Source of the DNA: a virus
Virus record (IMG/VR): IMGVR_UViG_3300033145_002388
Span: 1-64,000 of that record
Reading direction: 5' to 3' (one strand)
Length of the DNA stretch: 64,000 nt
The notes under the pieces were generated by a model that was not told where the DNA came from, ran no database searches, and was given only the letters and a program-made list of their open reading frames with translations. Positions 1 to 8,785 of this stretch are shown here, piece after piece. Every line of letters begins with the position of its first letter. Positions within the stretch are counted from its first letter, which is position 1. The translations under genes and the position numbers were made by a program.

Positions 1-78
1 GCAAGATATGGGCAAAAATTTGAGAGAGGTTATAATCAAGCTTTAAATGACATTTTAAAAGAATTAAATAAATAAGTT

Positions 79-411
79 ATGAAAAATTGGGAAAAAGATT
101 TTATAGAAAAAGGAGCTAACCTTGAACACGAAAGGTGGGCAAGGTGGCAAAAGTATGTTCATTCTCTTTGTAAGAAAAACAAAGATGGGAGTTTAACAAT
201 TCCTAAAGAAAGAGTTGAGTGGTGGGAAAAAGAAATTGCTACACCTTATTCAGAATTAACAGAAAAACTAAAAGAATATGATAGAATGGAAACAAGGAAT
301 TATATTTCCCTTGTTCAGAACCTTTTAGATAAACAAAAAAAAGAAATAGAAAATCAATTACCGAATACTTATGATGAAGATGGTAATCCAGCAAGAATTA
401 GTTGGAGTTAA
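79..411 (+). CDS. hypothetical phage protein
   Basis: 110-aa ORF with AT-rich leader ending AAGTTATG; HERWARWQKY..PYSELTE.KEYDR motif resembles small phage proteins. Confidence 0.7.
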   Translation: MKNWEKDFIEKGANLEHERWARWQKYVHSLCKKNKDGSLTIPKERVEWWEKEIATPYSELTEKLKEYDRMETRNYISLVQNLLDKQKKEIENQLPNTYDEDGNPARISWS

Positions 412-437
412 AATTAAATAAACTAAACAAATAAATT

Positions 438-689
438 ATGGAAAACCTAAAATCAATAAATCAAGTTTTAAAATATTGTATTAAAAATAAGAAAATTGAA
501 TTGTATGGAGGAAAAAACAGATGGAATTCTATGATGCCAGGATTTAAAGAAAAAGAATGGGTGGAATTAGTAGGAATAACAAGACAAGATAATTGTGAGG
601 GTGGATTTGGTATAATCATTAAAAGAAAAAACAAAAAGACAAAAGTTACTTGTAGTGTGTGCTGGTTTGAAAAAATTAGAATTAAATAA
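438..689 (+). CDS. hypothetical protein
   Basis: 83-aa ORF, typical TAAATTATG leader, tightly packed. Confidence 0.6.
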   Translation: MENLKSINQVLKYCIKNKKIELYGGKNRWNSMMPGFKEKEWVELVGITRQDNCEGGFGIIIKRKNKKTKVTCSVCWFEKIRIK

Positions 690-695
690 ATAATT

Positions 696-956
696 ATGGA
701 AAGAAAGAAAAAAAAAGAAAAGTATAATTATTCAAAACAAAAAGCAGAATTATCTATTCAATTTTGGTGGAATAAGAAAGAATACTGTTGGAATTTGCTA
801 TTAACAAAAAATAAGAAAAGGGAACCTTTTTCTTATTTGGTAGACCCAATGATATTTGGAGAATCTTTAGCTAAAACTGGTGATCTTGATGAAAATGATA
901 AACAATTTTTAAAAAGAGTTTTTAGATATTATTTAATATATTTAGAAAAATTTTAA
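696..956 (+). CDS. hypothetical protein
   Basis: 86-aa ORF, TAATTATG leader. Confidence 0.6.
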   Translation: MERKKKKEKYNYSKQKAELSIQFWWNKKEYCWNLLLTKNKKREPFSYLVDPMIFGESLAKTGDLDENDKQFLKRVFRYYLIYLEKF

Positions 957-971
957 AAAACTTAAATAAAT

Positions 972-1388
972 ATGAAAAAAGAAAAACAAGTATGCTCGCT
1001 TGAATTAGCGAGAAAGTTAAAAAAGTTAAATTGTAAACAAGAGAGTTTGTTTTGGTGGTGTGAATGGGCAGACAGAAAACCAACTATTGAATATGTAGAA
1101 AATTATGATAAAGATTTTATTGTAGAAACCGGTGGTTCTATGGATAGATGTTCAGCATATACAGTAGCTGAACTTGGAGAAATGTTGCATAAAGATACTA
1201 AAAATAACAAGTTTCCATTTTATTGTTCAACACAATGTATTTCAAGAACCGATAAAACAAGGAATTGGATGTGTTTTAAAGGAACTGGTTGGGTGAGAAA
1301 TGAATTGCAATTTAATGCTGAAAAAGAAGCAGATGCCAGAGCTAAAATGTTAATCTATTTAATTGAGAATAAGTTATTAAATAAATAA
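972..1388 (+). CDS. hypothetical phage protein
   Basis: QVCSLELARKLKKL..QESLFWW, SAYTVAELGEML and EADARAKMLIYLIEN are recurrent small-phage-protein motifs. Confidence 0.75.
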   Translation: MKKEKQVCSLELARKLKKLNCKQESLFWWCEWADRKPTIEYVENYDKDFIVETGGSMDRCSAYTVAELGEMLHKDTKNNKFPFYCSTQCISRTDKTRNWMCFKGTGWVRNELQFNAEKEADARAKMLIYLIENKLLNK

Positions 1389-1436
1389 TTATATGAGAAA
1401 AATAATCAAAAAATACAGATTGTTAGAAATTATAGA

Positions 1437-1508
1437 TGCGGGGTAGAGCAATGGCAGCTCGCTGGGCTCATAATCCAGAGGTCGCAGGTTCGAATCCCGC
1501 CCCCGCAA
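1437..1508 (+). tRNA. tRNA-Met (CAT), initiator-like; CCA not encoded
   Basis: Cloverleaf: acceptor TGCGGGG/CCCCGCA, D stem GAGC/GCTC (A11:U24), anticodon arm CTGGG-CTCATAA-TCCAG, T arm GCAGG-TTCGAAT-CCCGC, discriminator A. Confidence 0.92.
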
Positions 1509-1539
1509 TATAAAATTTTAATTTGTTTTATAAATAATT

Positions 1540-1716
1540 ATGAAAAAGAAAGATTCTAAAGAAAAAGGAATTAACCTTGAAAACAACAGGCGGATAAAGT
1601 GGTCAAAGCAATTATATAGATTAAAATATTATTATCTAAAAACTTTTATTATACCTCCTTTAAGTTTAATAAAAATGATATTTGAAGATAAAGAAATAAA
1701 TAAAATGGTTTTTTAA
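1540..1716 (+). CDS. small hypothetical protein (58 aa, not in ORF track)
   Basis: Manually translated MKKKDSKEKG...KMVF*, with TAAATAATTATG leader. Confidence 0.45.
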   Translation: MKKKDSKEKGINLENNRRIKWSKQLYRLKYYYLKTFIIPPLSLIKMIFEDKEINKMVF

Positions 1717-1833
1717 CCGAAGATTTAAGACAACTAGAAATACTTATAGAAGAATTAGAATCTCTCAAACTTAAAACAACCACTAATCCTAATGTTTATT
1801 TAAATTAAATTATGAAAAAAATAAGGTTGCAAT

Positions 1834-2049
1834 ATGAAAAGATTAATAGCGGGGACAAAAATAAAGAAAAACGATATATTTGTTATTGATGGACATATAA
1901 AACAAATTTATTATGCTCGGAGAGCAACTAAAAAAGATGATAAATGGTTGTTTAGATTTTTTAAAGCAGATAAAGATTATCTCGGGGGAGAAACTATGGT
2001 TAAATATAATAAAAATATAATTAAGTTTAAAGAGATAAAAATAATATGA
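1834..2049 (+). CDS. hypothetical protein
   Basis: 71-aa ORF. Confidence 0.5.
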   Translation: MKRLIAGTKIKKNDIFVIDGHIKQIYYARRATKKDDKWLFRFFKADKDYLGGETMVKYNKNIIKFKEIKII

Positions 2050-2097
2050 AATGTAAATTTTGTATAATTCATTTTAATTAATTAATATAAAATTTAT

Positions 2098-2379
2098 ATG
2101 ACAGAAGATAAAAAGAAATTAGAAAAAATAAAGAAAGATTTTGGGTTTAACCCAAATGATGTTGGAAATAGACCAAGAGGATATTGGATTGTTGATGAAA
2201 TAGAAGAAGAGGAAGAATTAGCTGGTGCTCAAATTGGAGATTTATGTATAAAAACAAGAGATGGTGGTGGCAATGAACCAGATATGAAAGCAGGTTTATT
2301 TAGAAATTATGTTGGAACTTCTTGTGATAATTTTGATGAGACTTATAGATATTATTATTACAGAAGACTAATTAACTAA
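2098..2379 (+). CDS. hypothetical protein
   Basis: 93-aa ORF, TTAATTAA..AAATTTATATG leader. Confidence 0.65.
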   Translation: MTEDKKKLEKIKKDFGFNPNDVGNRPRGYWIVDEIEEEEELAGAQIGDLCIKTRDGGGNEPDMKAGLFRNYVGTSCDNFDETYRYYYYRRLIN

Positions 2380-2389
2380 TATAAAATTT

Positions 2390-2620
2390 ATGGAATTTCA
2401 ACAAACAGGAAGTCAAAATGAATCACAAAACAACGAATCACAAACTTTAATTGCCGAGATTCGGGATAAAATTAATACATTAAAGAGTAGACTTGACTTT
2501 GTTTTGACTGATGAACCGACACAAGAAGAAATGAAAGAAATTTGTGGTTCCCTTTTAATTAGAGATTTAAGTTTAATTAAAAAAGAATTGGAAAGTATTT
2601 TAAACAGACTTCATTTATAA
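2390..2620 (+). CDS. hypothetical coiled-coil protein
   Basis: 76-aa ORF, TTAACTAA..AAATTTATG leader. Confidence 0.65.
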   Translation: MEFQQTGSQNESQNNESQTLIAEIRDKINTLKSRLDFVLTDEPTQEEMKEICGSLLIRDLSLIKKELESILNRLHL

Positions 2621-2636
2621 AAAAAGGAGGTGTAAA

Positions 2637-2720
2637 ATGCTGACAAGGTTGGAAAGAAAGTGGTTACCGGTAATTCTGTTTCTTGTGGCTTGTTTATTAA
2701 TACTTTGGAAGGGAGGTTAA
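2637..2720 (+). CDS. 27-aa single-TM peptide (MLTRLERKWLPVILFLVACLLILWKGG)
   Basis: Perfect SD AGGAGGTG upstream of ATG; hydrophobic stretch. Confidence 0.55.
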   Translation: MLTRLERKWLPVILFLVACLLILWKGG

Positions 2721-2721
2721 A

Positions 2722-2856
2722 ATGTATGAACAATCGTGGATAATGGGATTATTTTCTTTAATAGGAATTGTGTTTACGACCGTAATTGGATGGATGTTTA
2801 AAATCGTCTGTATTTGGGCGATAATTAGAATAACACTTTGGTTAACTGGGGGATAA
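2722..2856 (+). CDS. 44-aa hydrophobic membrane peptide (MYEQSWIMGLFSLIGIV...LWLTGG)
   Basis: SD GGGAGGT overlapping the upstream stop; almost entirely hydrophobic. Confidence 0.55.
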   Translation: MYEQSWIMGLFSLIGIVFTTVIGWMFKIVCIWAIIRITLWLTGG

Positions 2857-2863
2857 CAATTTA

Positions 2864-2943
2864 GGGGTGGTAGAACAAAAAAGGTATGTCTATAATTGAC
2901 TACACAGCTAAACAATTTAGCAAAATGCCACCCCCCATTCCCA
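2864..2943 (+). other. GC-clamped structured intergenic element (possible ncRNA or terminator)
   Basis: GGGGTGGTA(2864-2872)/TGCCACCCC(2926-2934) encloses two small hairpins; same clamp and ATTCCCA-like tail as 4141-4172. Confidence 0.45.
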
Positions 2944-2988
2944 TAAGTAAAAATTTCAAATAGTTCTTTTAAAAAAAGGAGGTGTAAA

Positions 2989-4134
2989 ATGAAACCGATT
3001 AGGGACAACGAAAAGAGAGAAAAGTATTTTCGTGAGAACAAAGAGAAAATGACCTATGAAGAATTCGCGCCAGTTTTCGGATTAAAAAATGGTGAGGTTG
3101 TCAGGACTTGGGCAAGGCGACATAATATGCCTAATAAGCGTCTCAACTCTCAGGCACTCAGAAGTAAAGCTCCATTATGTGATTTAGTTGCTAAGGCAAT
3201 TAAAACTAAGAAGTTTTTCATTATCGATTTAGCTGACCGCTTTAATGTTCCACCTAAAAAGATTTATGAAGCAGTGGAAGATTTGAAAAAGAAAAATGTT
3301 ATTGTCGACAATTTTGAAAATGGAAATGTTCAACTTGCTCGAGAGATTAAACCCACTGAAAAACCGATGGTAATTGATATTCACAAACACGAAGAAGAGG
3401 AATTCTGTATCGGTGTTACTGCTGATAATCATCTTGGGAGTAAGTATGAACGTCTTGATGTTTTGAATGCTCTTTACGACAGATTTAAGGATTATGGCGT
3501 TAAAACTGTGTATGATTGTGGTAATTGGATTGATGGCGAAAGCCGTTATAACAAATACGACATTTATGTTCACGGTGTTAATGCTCAAATCAAAAACTTT
3601 GTGGAGAGGTTTCCGTATCGCGATGGAATAAAAACTTATTTCATCTCTGGTGATGATCACGAGGGTTGGTATGTTCAAAGAGAACATATTGATATCGGAC
3701 AAGTAATGGTCGATGCTGCGAAGAATGCTGGCAGAAATGATTTTGTAAATCTCGGTTATATGGAAAGAGACATTGTATATCGAAGGGAAAAGGGAAAATC
3801 CATTATCAGAGTTATACACGCTGGTGGTGGATCAACCTATGCCATTTCATATACCTCTCAGAAGTATGCTGAAAGTTTACAGGGTGGCGAAAAACCAGAT
3901 ATTATTCTTGTGGGTCATTATCATAAGTTCGAGTACTCTTATCCCCGAGAAATTCATATCATTCAGCCAGGTTGTACCCAAGACCAAACTCCATTTATGC
4001 GAAAAAAAAGAATTCAGGCAATGGTTGGCGGTTGTGTTCTTTGGATAAAGCAAAATGATTTAGGCATTTTTACTTCAGTTAAAGTTGAGTGGTTGCCATT
4101 TTTTGATAAGAAGTTCTTTAGGTATCATTGGTAG
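2989..4134 (+). CDS. calcineurin-like metallophosphoesterase with N-terminal HTH-like domains
   Basis: ADNHLGS, DCGNWIDG, ISGDDHEGW, VIHAGGG and VGHYH metal motifs; SD AGGAGGTG. Confidence 0.85.
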   Translation: MKPIRDNEKREKYFRENKEKMTYEEFAPVFGLKNGEVVRTWARRHNMPNKRLNSQALRSKAPLCDLVAKAIKTKKFFIIDLADRFNVPPKKIYEAVEDLKKKNVIVDNFENGNVQLAREIKPTEKPMVIDIHKHEEEEFCIGVTADNHLGSKYERLDVLNALYDRFKDYGVKTVYDCGNWIDGESRYNKYDIYVHGVNAQIKNFVERFPYRDGIKTYFISGDDHEGWYVQREHIDIGQVMVDAAKNAGRNDFVNLGYMERDIVYRREKGKSIIRVIHAGGGSTYAISYTSQKYAESLQGGEKPDIILVGHYHKFEYSYPREIHIIQPGCTQDQTPFMRKKRIQAMVGGCVLWIKQNDLGIFTSVKVEWLPFFDKKFFRYHW

Positions 4135-4140
4135 GTTTAT

Positions 4141-4172
4141 TGGGGGTGGTGAAACTCCACCCCCATTTCCCA
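4141..4172 (+). terminator. stem-loop, possible terminator
   Basis: TGGGGGTGG-TGAAACT-CCACCCCCA followed by TTTCCCA, directly after the stop. Confidence 0.55.
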
Positions 4173-4192
4173 ACAATTTAATTAATTAATTT

Positions 4193-4603
4193 ATGAACAA
4201 AACAAAAACAAATTTTAAAAAACTTTGTTTAAAATATTTAAAAGAATTAAAAAATCTTTATTTTACTGATGAATATAAAATTATAATAACTTATAAAGAT
4301 AAAGATGAAAATATAAAAAATGATTTTACGGTAAATATTTCAATTTTACCAGATGTAGTATATTTAAGACTATATATCAAAATTTATCCAAATATGTTTC
4401 GTATTTGGAAACAAAATGGAAATGAAGAATTATTAAAATCATTAAATCATGAAATGGCACATACCTTAACCGAACCATTATATTTACTAAGTTGTGATTT
4501 ACTTGATGGAAAATTAGTTACTAATAAACATTTAGAAGAAGTTAGAGAAAGACAAACACAACGAATAGCTGGTATAATTTATACAACCTGGAAAGATAAT
4601 TAA
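4193..4603 (+). CDS. zincin-like (HExxH) small metallopeptidase
   Basis: LNHEMAH motif with downstream E. Confidence 0.6.
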   Translation: MNKTKTNFKKLCLKYLKELKNLYFTDEYKIIITYKDKDENIKNDFTVNISILPDVVYLRLYIKIYPNMFRIWKQNGNEELLKSLNHEMAHTLTEPLYLLSCDLLDGKLVTNKHLEEVRERQTQRIAGIIYTTWKDN

Positions 4604-4618
4604 ATTAATACTTTTAAA

Positions 4619-5611
4619 ATGTCAAAATTAGAAGAAACATTAAAAAACATTAAAAAACGTTTTGGCGCTGAATCAATTATGACTTCTAAAGATTATAAAG
4701 AACTTAAAATTGATGTGATCTCTACTGGTTTAATATCATTAGATATTGCATTAGGAAGGGGGGGGATTCCCAAAGGAAGAATCTCTGAAATATTTGGAAA
4801 AGAAAGTAGTGGTAAGTCTACTTTATCTTTAATGATAATTGCTGAAGCTCAAAAACAAAATGAGGCAGTAGCTTTAATTGATGCAGAGATGGCTTTTGAT
4901 CCTGAATATGCCAGAAGTTTAGGAGTTGATACTGAAAAATTAATTATTTCTCAACCCAAAAATGGCGAAGAAGGTTTAGAAATTGTAGAAGAATTGGTAA
5001 GATCAAAAAATTTAGGAGTGATTGTTGTTGATTCGGTATCTGCTTTGGTTCCCAAAAAAGAAATAGAAGGAGAAATGGGAGATGCTCAAATGGGTCTTCA
5101 GGCTCGATTAATGAGTCAAGCGATGCGTAAACTAACAGGAATTACCTCTAAGGCTAATACCGCAATTATTTTTATTAATCAAATTAGAATGAAATTAGGA
5201 AACGCTTGGGGTTCACCTGAGACTACTTCTGGAGGACTGGCACTTAAATTCTATAGTTCATTAAGACTTGAACTCAAACGAGGCAAACAGCTTATTAAAG
5301 ATAACAAACATGTTGGAAATGTTATTCATTTTAGAGTAATTAAAAATAAAATTGCTCCGCCTTATAAAACTTGTGACCTAGAAATGTATGATGATGAAGT
5401 TGGATTTAATATTGCAAGTGATCTATTTTTAAGCGCGACTCAATTTGGATTAATACATAAAACTGGAAACACGTGGTTTTTAAATGAAAAAAAATTAGGA
5501 GTTGGAATTTCTAATGCTATGCAAAATATAAACCGTGTTGAATTAAAAAAACTTATTATAGACAAATGGAAAGCTAATAATAAAATATCAAATGTCAAAA
5601 TAAACAACTAA
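4619..5611 (+). CDS. recA: recombinase RecA
   Basis: ISTGLISLDIALGRGGIPKGRISEIFGKESSGKST, IVVDSVSALVPKKEIEGEMGD, QARLMSQAMRKL, FINQIRMK, GGLALKFYSS. Confidence 0.97.
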   Translation: MSKLEETLKNIKKRFGAESIMTSKDYKELKIDVISTGLISLDIALGRGGIPKGRISEIFGKESSGKSTLSLMIIAEAQKQNEAVALIDAEMAFDPEYARSLGVDTEKLIISQPKNGEEGLEIVEELVRSKNLGVIVVDSVSALVPKKEIEGEMGDAQMGLQARLMSQAMRKLTGITSKANTAIIFINQIRMKLGNAWGSPETTSGGLALKFYSSLRLELKRGKQLIKDNKHVGNVIHFRVIKNKIAPPYKTCDLEMYDDEVGFNIASDLFLSATQFGLIHKTGNTWFLNEKKLGVGISNAMQNINRVELKKLIIDKWKANNKISNVKINN

Positions 5612-5620
5612 ATAAAAAAA

Positions 5621-5812
5621 ATGGAAAATAATTCTATTGAAAAAATAGTTAAAGAAAGATTAAAAAAAATGGGAATTAGAATATCAAAATGTTCTAAATG
5701 TGGAAAAGAGATTTTATTTCTTCCCACTAATAAAGGTAAGCATATGCCAGTTACTATGGAATTAGTTAGTCATTTTTCTGATTGTCCATTTGCTAAAAAT
5801 TTTAGGAAATAA
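5621..5812 (+). CDS. small zinc-finger protein
   Basis: CSKCG...GKHMPV...HFSDCP. Confidence 0.7.
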   Translation: MENNSIEKIVKERLKKMGIRISKCSKCGKEILFLPTNKGKHMPVTMELVSHFSDCPFAKNFRK

Positions 5813-5828
5813 TTTAATAAGAAAATTT

Positions 5829-6263
5829 ATGAAAATAACAATTAAGGGCAGAATTCCTTCAAAAAAAAATAGCAGAATTCTTGTTTGCACTGGAAGAAAA
5901 TTTCCTAATTCTTTCCCTTCTAAGGCATATACAAAATGGCATGCCGAAGCAAAAAAACAAATTGAGCAATTTATTCCCAAAAAACCAATTACTAAATGTA
6001 AAGTTCTTTTATTGTTTTGGGCACCAGATAAAAGAAAAGCTGATCTTACAAATAAATCAGAATCAATAATGGATTTACTTGTTGATTTAAAATTTTTAGA
6101 AGATGATAATTGGTTTGTAGTTAATGATATCCATCCTATATTTCAAAAAATCGATAAAAAAAATCCTAGAGTAGAAATTCATATTATGAAACCAACCATG
6201 ATTTTAAATTCTAATCTTGATAAATCTCAGAAAAAGAAACTAACTTTAAAAGATTTAAAATGA
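5829..6263 (+). CDS. rusA: RusA-family Holliday junction resolvase
   Basis: GRIPSKKNS, RKADLTNKSESIMDLL, LEDDN, NPRVEI; start moved to ATG 5829. Confidence 0.8.
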   Translation: MKITIKGRIPSKKNSRILVCTGRKFPNSFPSKAYTKWHAEAKKQIEQFIPKKPITKCKVLLLFWAPDKRKADLTNKSESIMDLLVDLKFLEDDNWFVVNDIHPIFQKIDKKNPRVEIHIMKPTMILNSNLDKSQKKKLTLKDLK

Positions 6264-6619
6264 AACCAATGCCTCCCAAGTTAAGAAAAGAATTAAGTAA
6301 AGATTCTTATTATAAAAAATGTTGTTTAACAAAAAGCAATGAGAATATAGAATGGCATCATGCTTGGATCTACGCTGGTAAACAGATTAATGAAAAGTGG
6401 GCAATTATGCCAGTATGTAAAGAAAAACATTCTGCTTATAAAGATTCTGATAGTATTCATAATTGTTTAATAACTAGACAAATTGTAAAATACCTTTCAT
6501 TACTTCGAATAAATTTAGATTATTTATGTAAAAAATTTCCACGTATAGATTGGAAACAAGAGTTTAAATATTTAGAAAGTATATATAAAAAAAACAAAAT
6601 TAATTTTCCTAAATTATGA
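6260..6619 (+). CDS. HNH/NinG-like His-Me finger protein
   Basis: CCL..IEWHH..WAIMPVCKEKH; overlaps both neighbours by ATGA. Confidence 0.6.
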   Translation: MKPMPPKLRKELSKDSYYKKCCLTKSNENIEWHHAWIYAGKQINEKWAIMPVCKEKHSAYKDSDSIHNCLITRQIVKYLSLLRINLDYLCKKFPRIDWKQEFKYLESIYKKNKINFPKL

Positions 6620-7611
6620 AAACAATAACTTGGAATTCTCAATTTGATTTTTATTCAACTTATGGGGTTATTTCAACTAGAATGTGTGAGGAACTTTTAA
6701 AATTAGGAGTTGATGTAAGATTAGACCCATGGAAAGAATCATCTTATTTTAGTCCAGAACTTGAAAAAATTAAACATAAAAAACCTGAAGGAATTAAAAT
6801 TAGAATGTCAGGAATAGATTCAATTTCAGGTTTTGATGATTATAATTTTATTCCAGATTATGTACCCTCATATCAATCTGCTTATTTTGATGAAGAGATG
6901 GCTCAATTAAGTAAAGCTAAACGATTAATTATTCCTTCAATATTTCAAAAAGCTGCTTTTGATTCTCTGGCCTTGAAAGCTAAAGTTGTTCCAAGGGGTT
7001 CTGATTTTAAACCAATATTAAGAATCAGAAGAAAAGCAGATATTTATACATTTCTTTTTATTGGTTATCTTTCTGAATATAAGGGTCTTCATTATTTAGC
7101 TAAGGCATTTTCTAAAGCATTTTCTAAAAAGGAAAAAGTTAAATTAATTTTAAAAGGAAATTCTATGGACACTCATCCTAATCAAATGACTAATAAAGAA
7201 ATAGAATCACTTTTTAAAAATCCAAAAATGCAAATTAAAATCATAAAAGAAAATTGGCAATTACCTAAACTTCAAAATTTATACAGAGATTCAGATTGTT
7301 TTGTTTCTCCACATTGTAGTCTTGGAATGTTTGGGACTAGAGTTGCTTTAGATGCTAGAAAAACTAGTTTACCATTAATTGCGCCTAGATTTGGGGAAGT
7401 TCAAAATTGGGGAGATGAACGTTTTCTTATTGATTATGAACTTTGTGATAATGGAATTAAACCTAATTTAGATCAATTTGCTAAATCTTTGAGAATGTGT
7501 TATTATAACAAGGTGAGTTCGGTTCCTATAGATCCCGATGAATGGACATGGGAAAAATCAGCTAATAAATTTTTAAAAATATTAAATGAAGATTTTAATT
7601 TGGGGCGATAG
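6616..7611 (+). CDS. GT-B (GT4-like) glycosyltransferase
   Basis: FLFIGYLSEYKGLHYLAKAF, YRDSDCFVSP, WTWEKSANKF; ExxG-x-E motif is atypical (GMFGTRVALDA). Confidence 0.8.
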   Translation: MKTITWNSQFDFYSTYGVISTRMCEELLKLGVDVRLDPWKESSYFSPELEKIKHKKPEGIKIRMSGIDSISGFDDYNFIPDYVPSYQSAYFDEEMAQLSKAKRLIIPSIFQKAAFDSLALKAKVVPRGSDFKPILRIRRKADIYTFLFIGYLSEYKGLHYLAKAFSKAFSKKEKVKLILKGNSMDTHPNQMTNKEIESLFKNPKMQIKIIKENWQLPKLQNLYRDSDCFVSPHCSLGMFGTRVALDARKTSLPLIAPRFGEVQNWGDERFLIDYELCDNGIKPNLDQFAKSLRMCYYNKVSSVPIDPDEWTWEKSANKFLKILNEDFNLGR

Positions 7612-8785
7612 TCCTACTGCAACAACTGGGTTTGCTAGAGTATTACGTGAAATATTCACTAAATTAATTAAATTTAAAAATCCTGAAATAGCCTGGCTTG
7701 GAGTTAACTACTCAGGTTCTCCTCATAATTTTCCATTTAAAATATATCCAGCTCAAGAACAACTTGTTAAATTTCCTGATATAACTGGGATAAAAAGATT
7801 ACCTGGTTTTATAGAAGAATTTAAACCAGATGTTCTTTTTATTTTACAAGATTTATGGATGTTTAATCGATCAACATCAAGATTATCTAATTTAAAAATG
7901 ATTGCCAAAGATAAAGGAAGGCCATTTAAAATTGTTTATTATTTTCCTGTAGATGGTGAAGTCCATCAAGATTGGGCCGATTCTTTAGACATAGCTGATA
8001 TTCCAATTACCTATACTCAGTGGGCTAAGAACCAATGTGTAAAAAAGAATCCCAAATTAAAAGATAAACTTCAAGTTATTCCACATGGTGTAAATACCAA
8101 AACTTTTTATCCTATTCAATTAGATAAAACTAAATGTTTTACTTTTACTAATATAGGAAGAAACATGCAACGCAAACAATTAGCTTTAGGCTTAATTGCT
8201 TTATCTAAACTTAAGTTAAAGGATGTAAAAAATCATAAAATGTATATTCATGCTCAACCAGATGAATTCGGAATATCACTTTTTAAAATTGCTAAATCAT
8301 TAGGATTAAAATATGGGTTTTTAGATGATGATGGAAATTATGATGTACTATTTCCTGAGTTTGGATTTACAGAACATAAAGGAATTTCTGATAAAGAATT
8401 AAATAAAGTTTATAATGAAGCAGATTGTTTTTTTTCAACTACAGTTGGCGAAGGGTGGGGGCTTCCATTACTTGAAGCTGCTGCCTGTAAAAAACTTCTT
8501 CTGGTTCCAGAAATAGAACCATTAATAGAAAATTTAAAAGATCGTGCAATTTTTTATAAGACTAATGGCTGTGTAACTTTTGAAAGTGATTTATCATTAA
8601 TAAGACCTATTCCAGACATAGATGATTTAACAAATAAAATGGAATCTATATTGCGTAATTCAAAAAAATATGATAAATTAAAGCAGAATGCTTATGACTG
8701 GGCTCAAAGTTTAAGTTGGGAAAAAGTTTTTCAAAATTATTGGCTTAAAATATTTAAAAAAATTTATGACTTATATGGATTATAA
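7586..8785 (+). CDS. GT4 glycosyltransferase
   Basis: MKILIWGDSP..TGFARV, IPHGVNT, GRNMQRK, GEGWGLPLLEAAAC. Confidence 0.9.
   Translation: MKILIWGDSPTATTGFARVLREIFTKLIKFKNPEIAWLGVNYSGSPHNFPFKIYPAQEQLVKFPDITGIKRLPGFIEEFKPDVLFILQDLWMFNRSTSRLSNLKMIAKDKGRPFKIVYYFPVDGEVHQDWADSLDIADIPITYTQWAKNQCVKKNPKLKDKLQVIPHGVNTKTFYPIQLDKTKCFTFTNIGRNMQRKQLALGLIALSKLKLKDVKNHKMYIHAQPDEFGISLFKIAKSLGLKYGFLDDDGNYDVLFPEFGFTEHKGISDKELNKVYNEADCFFSTTVGEGWGLPLLEAAACKKLLLVPEIEPLIENLKDRAIFYKTNGCVTFESDLSLIRPIPDIDDLTNKMESILRNSKKYDKLKQNAYDWAQSLSWEKVFQNYWLKIFKKIYDLYGL

Noticed and set aside
2697-3819. Minus-strand ORFs 2697..3041 and 3229..3819 (and + strand 3773..4048)
   Set aside because: Shadows of SD-led + strand genes with clear motifs
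4619-5611. Cellular chromosome origin suggested by recA, rtcB and glycosyltransferases
   Set aside because: Single-strand gene packing, many tiny orphans and a contiguous terminase-capsid-tail module indicate a phage; no housekeeping context or integrase seen
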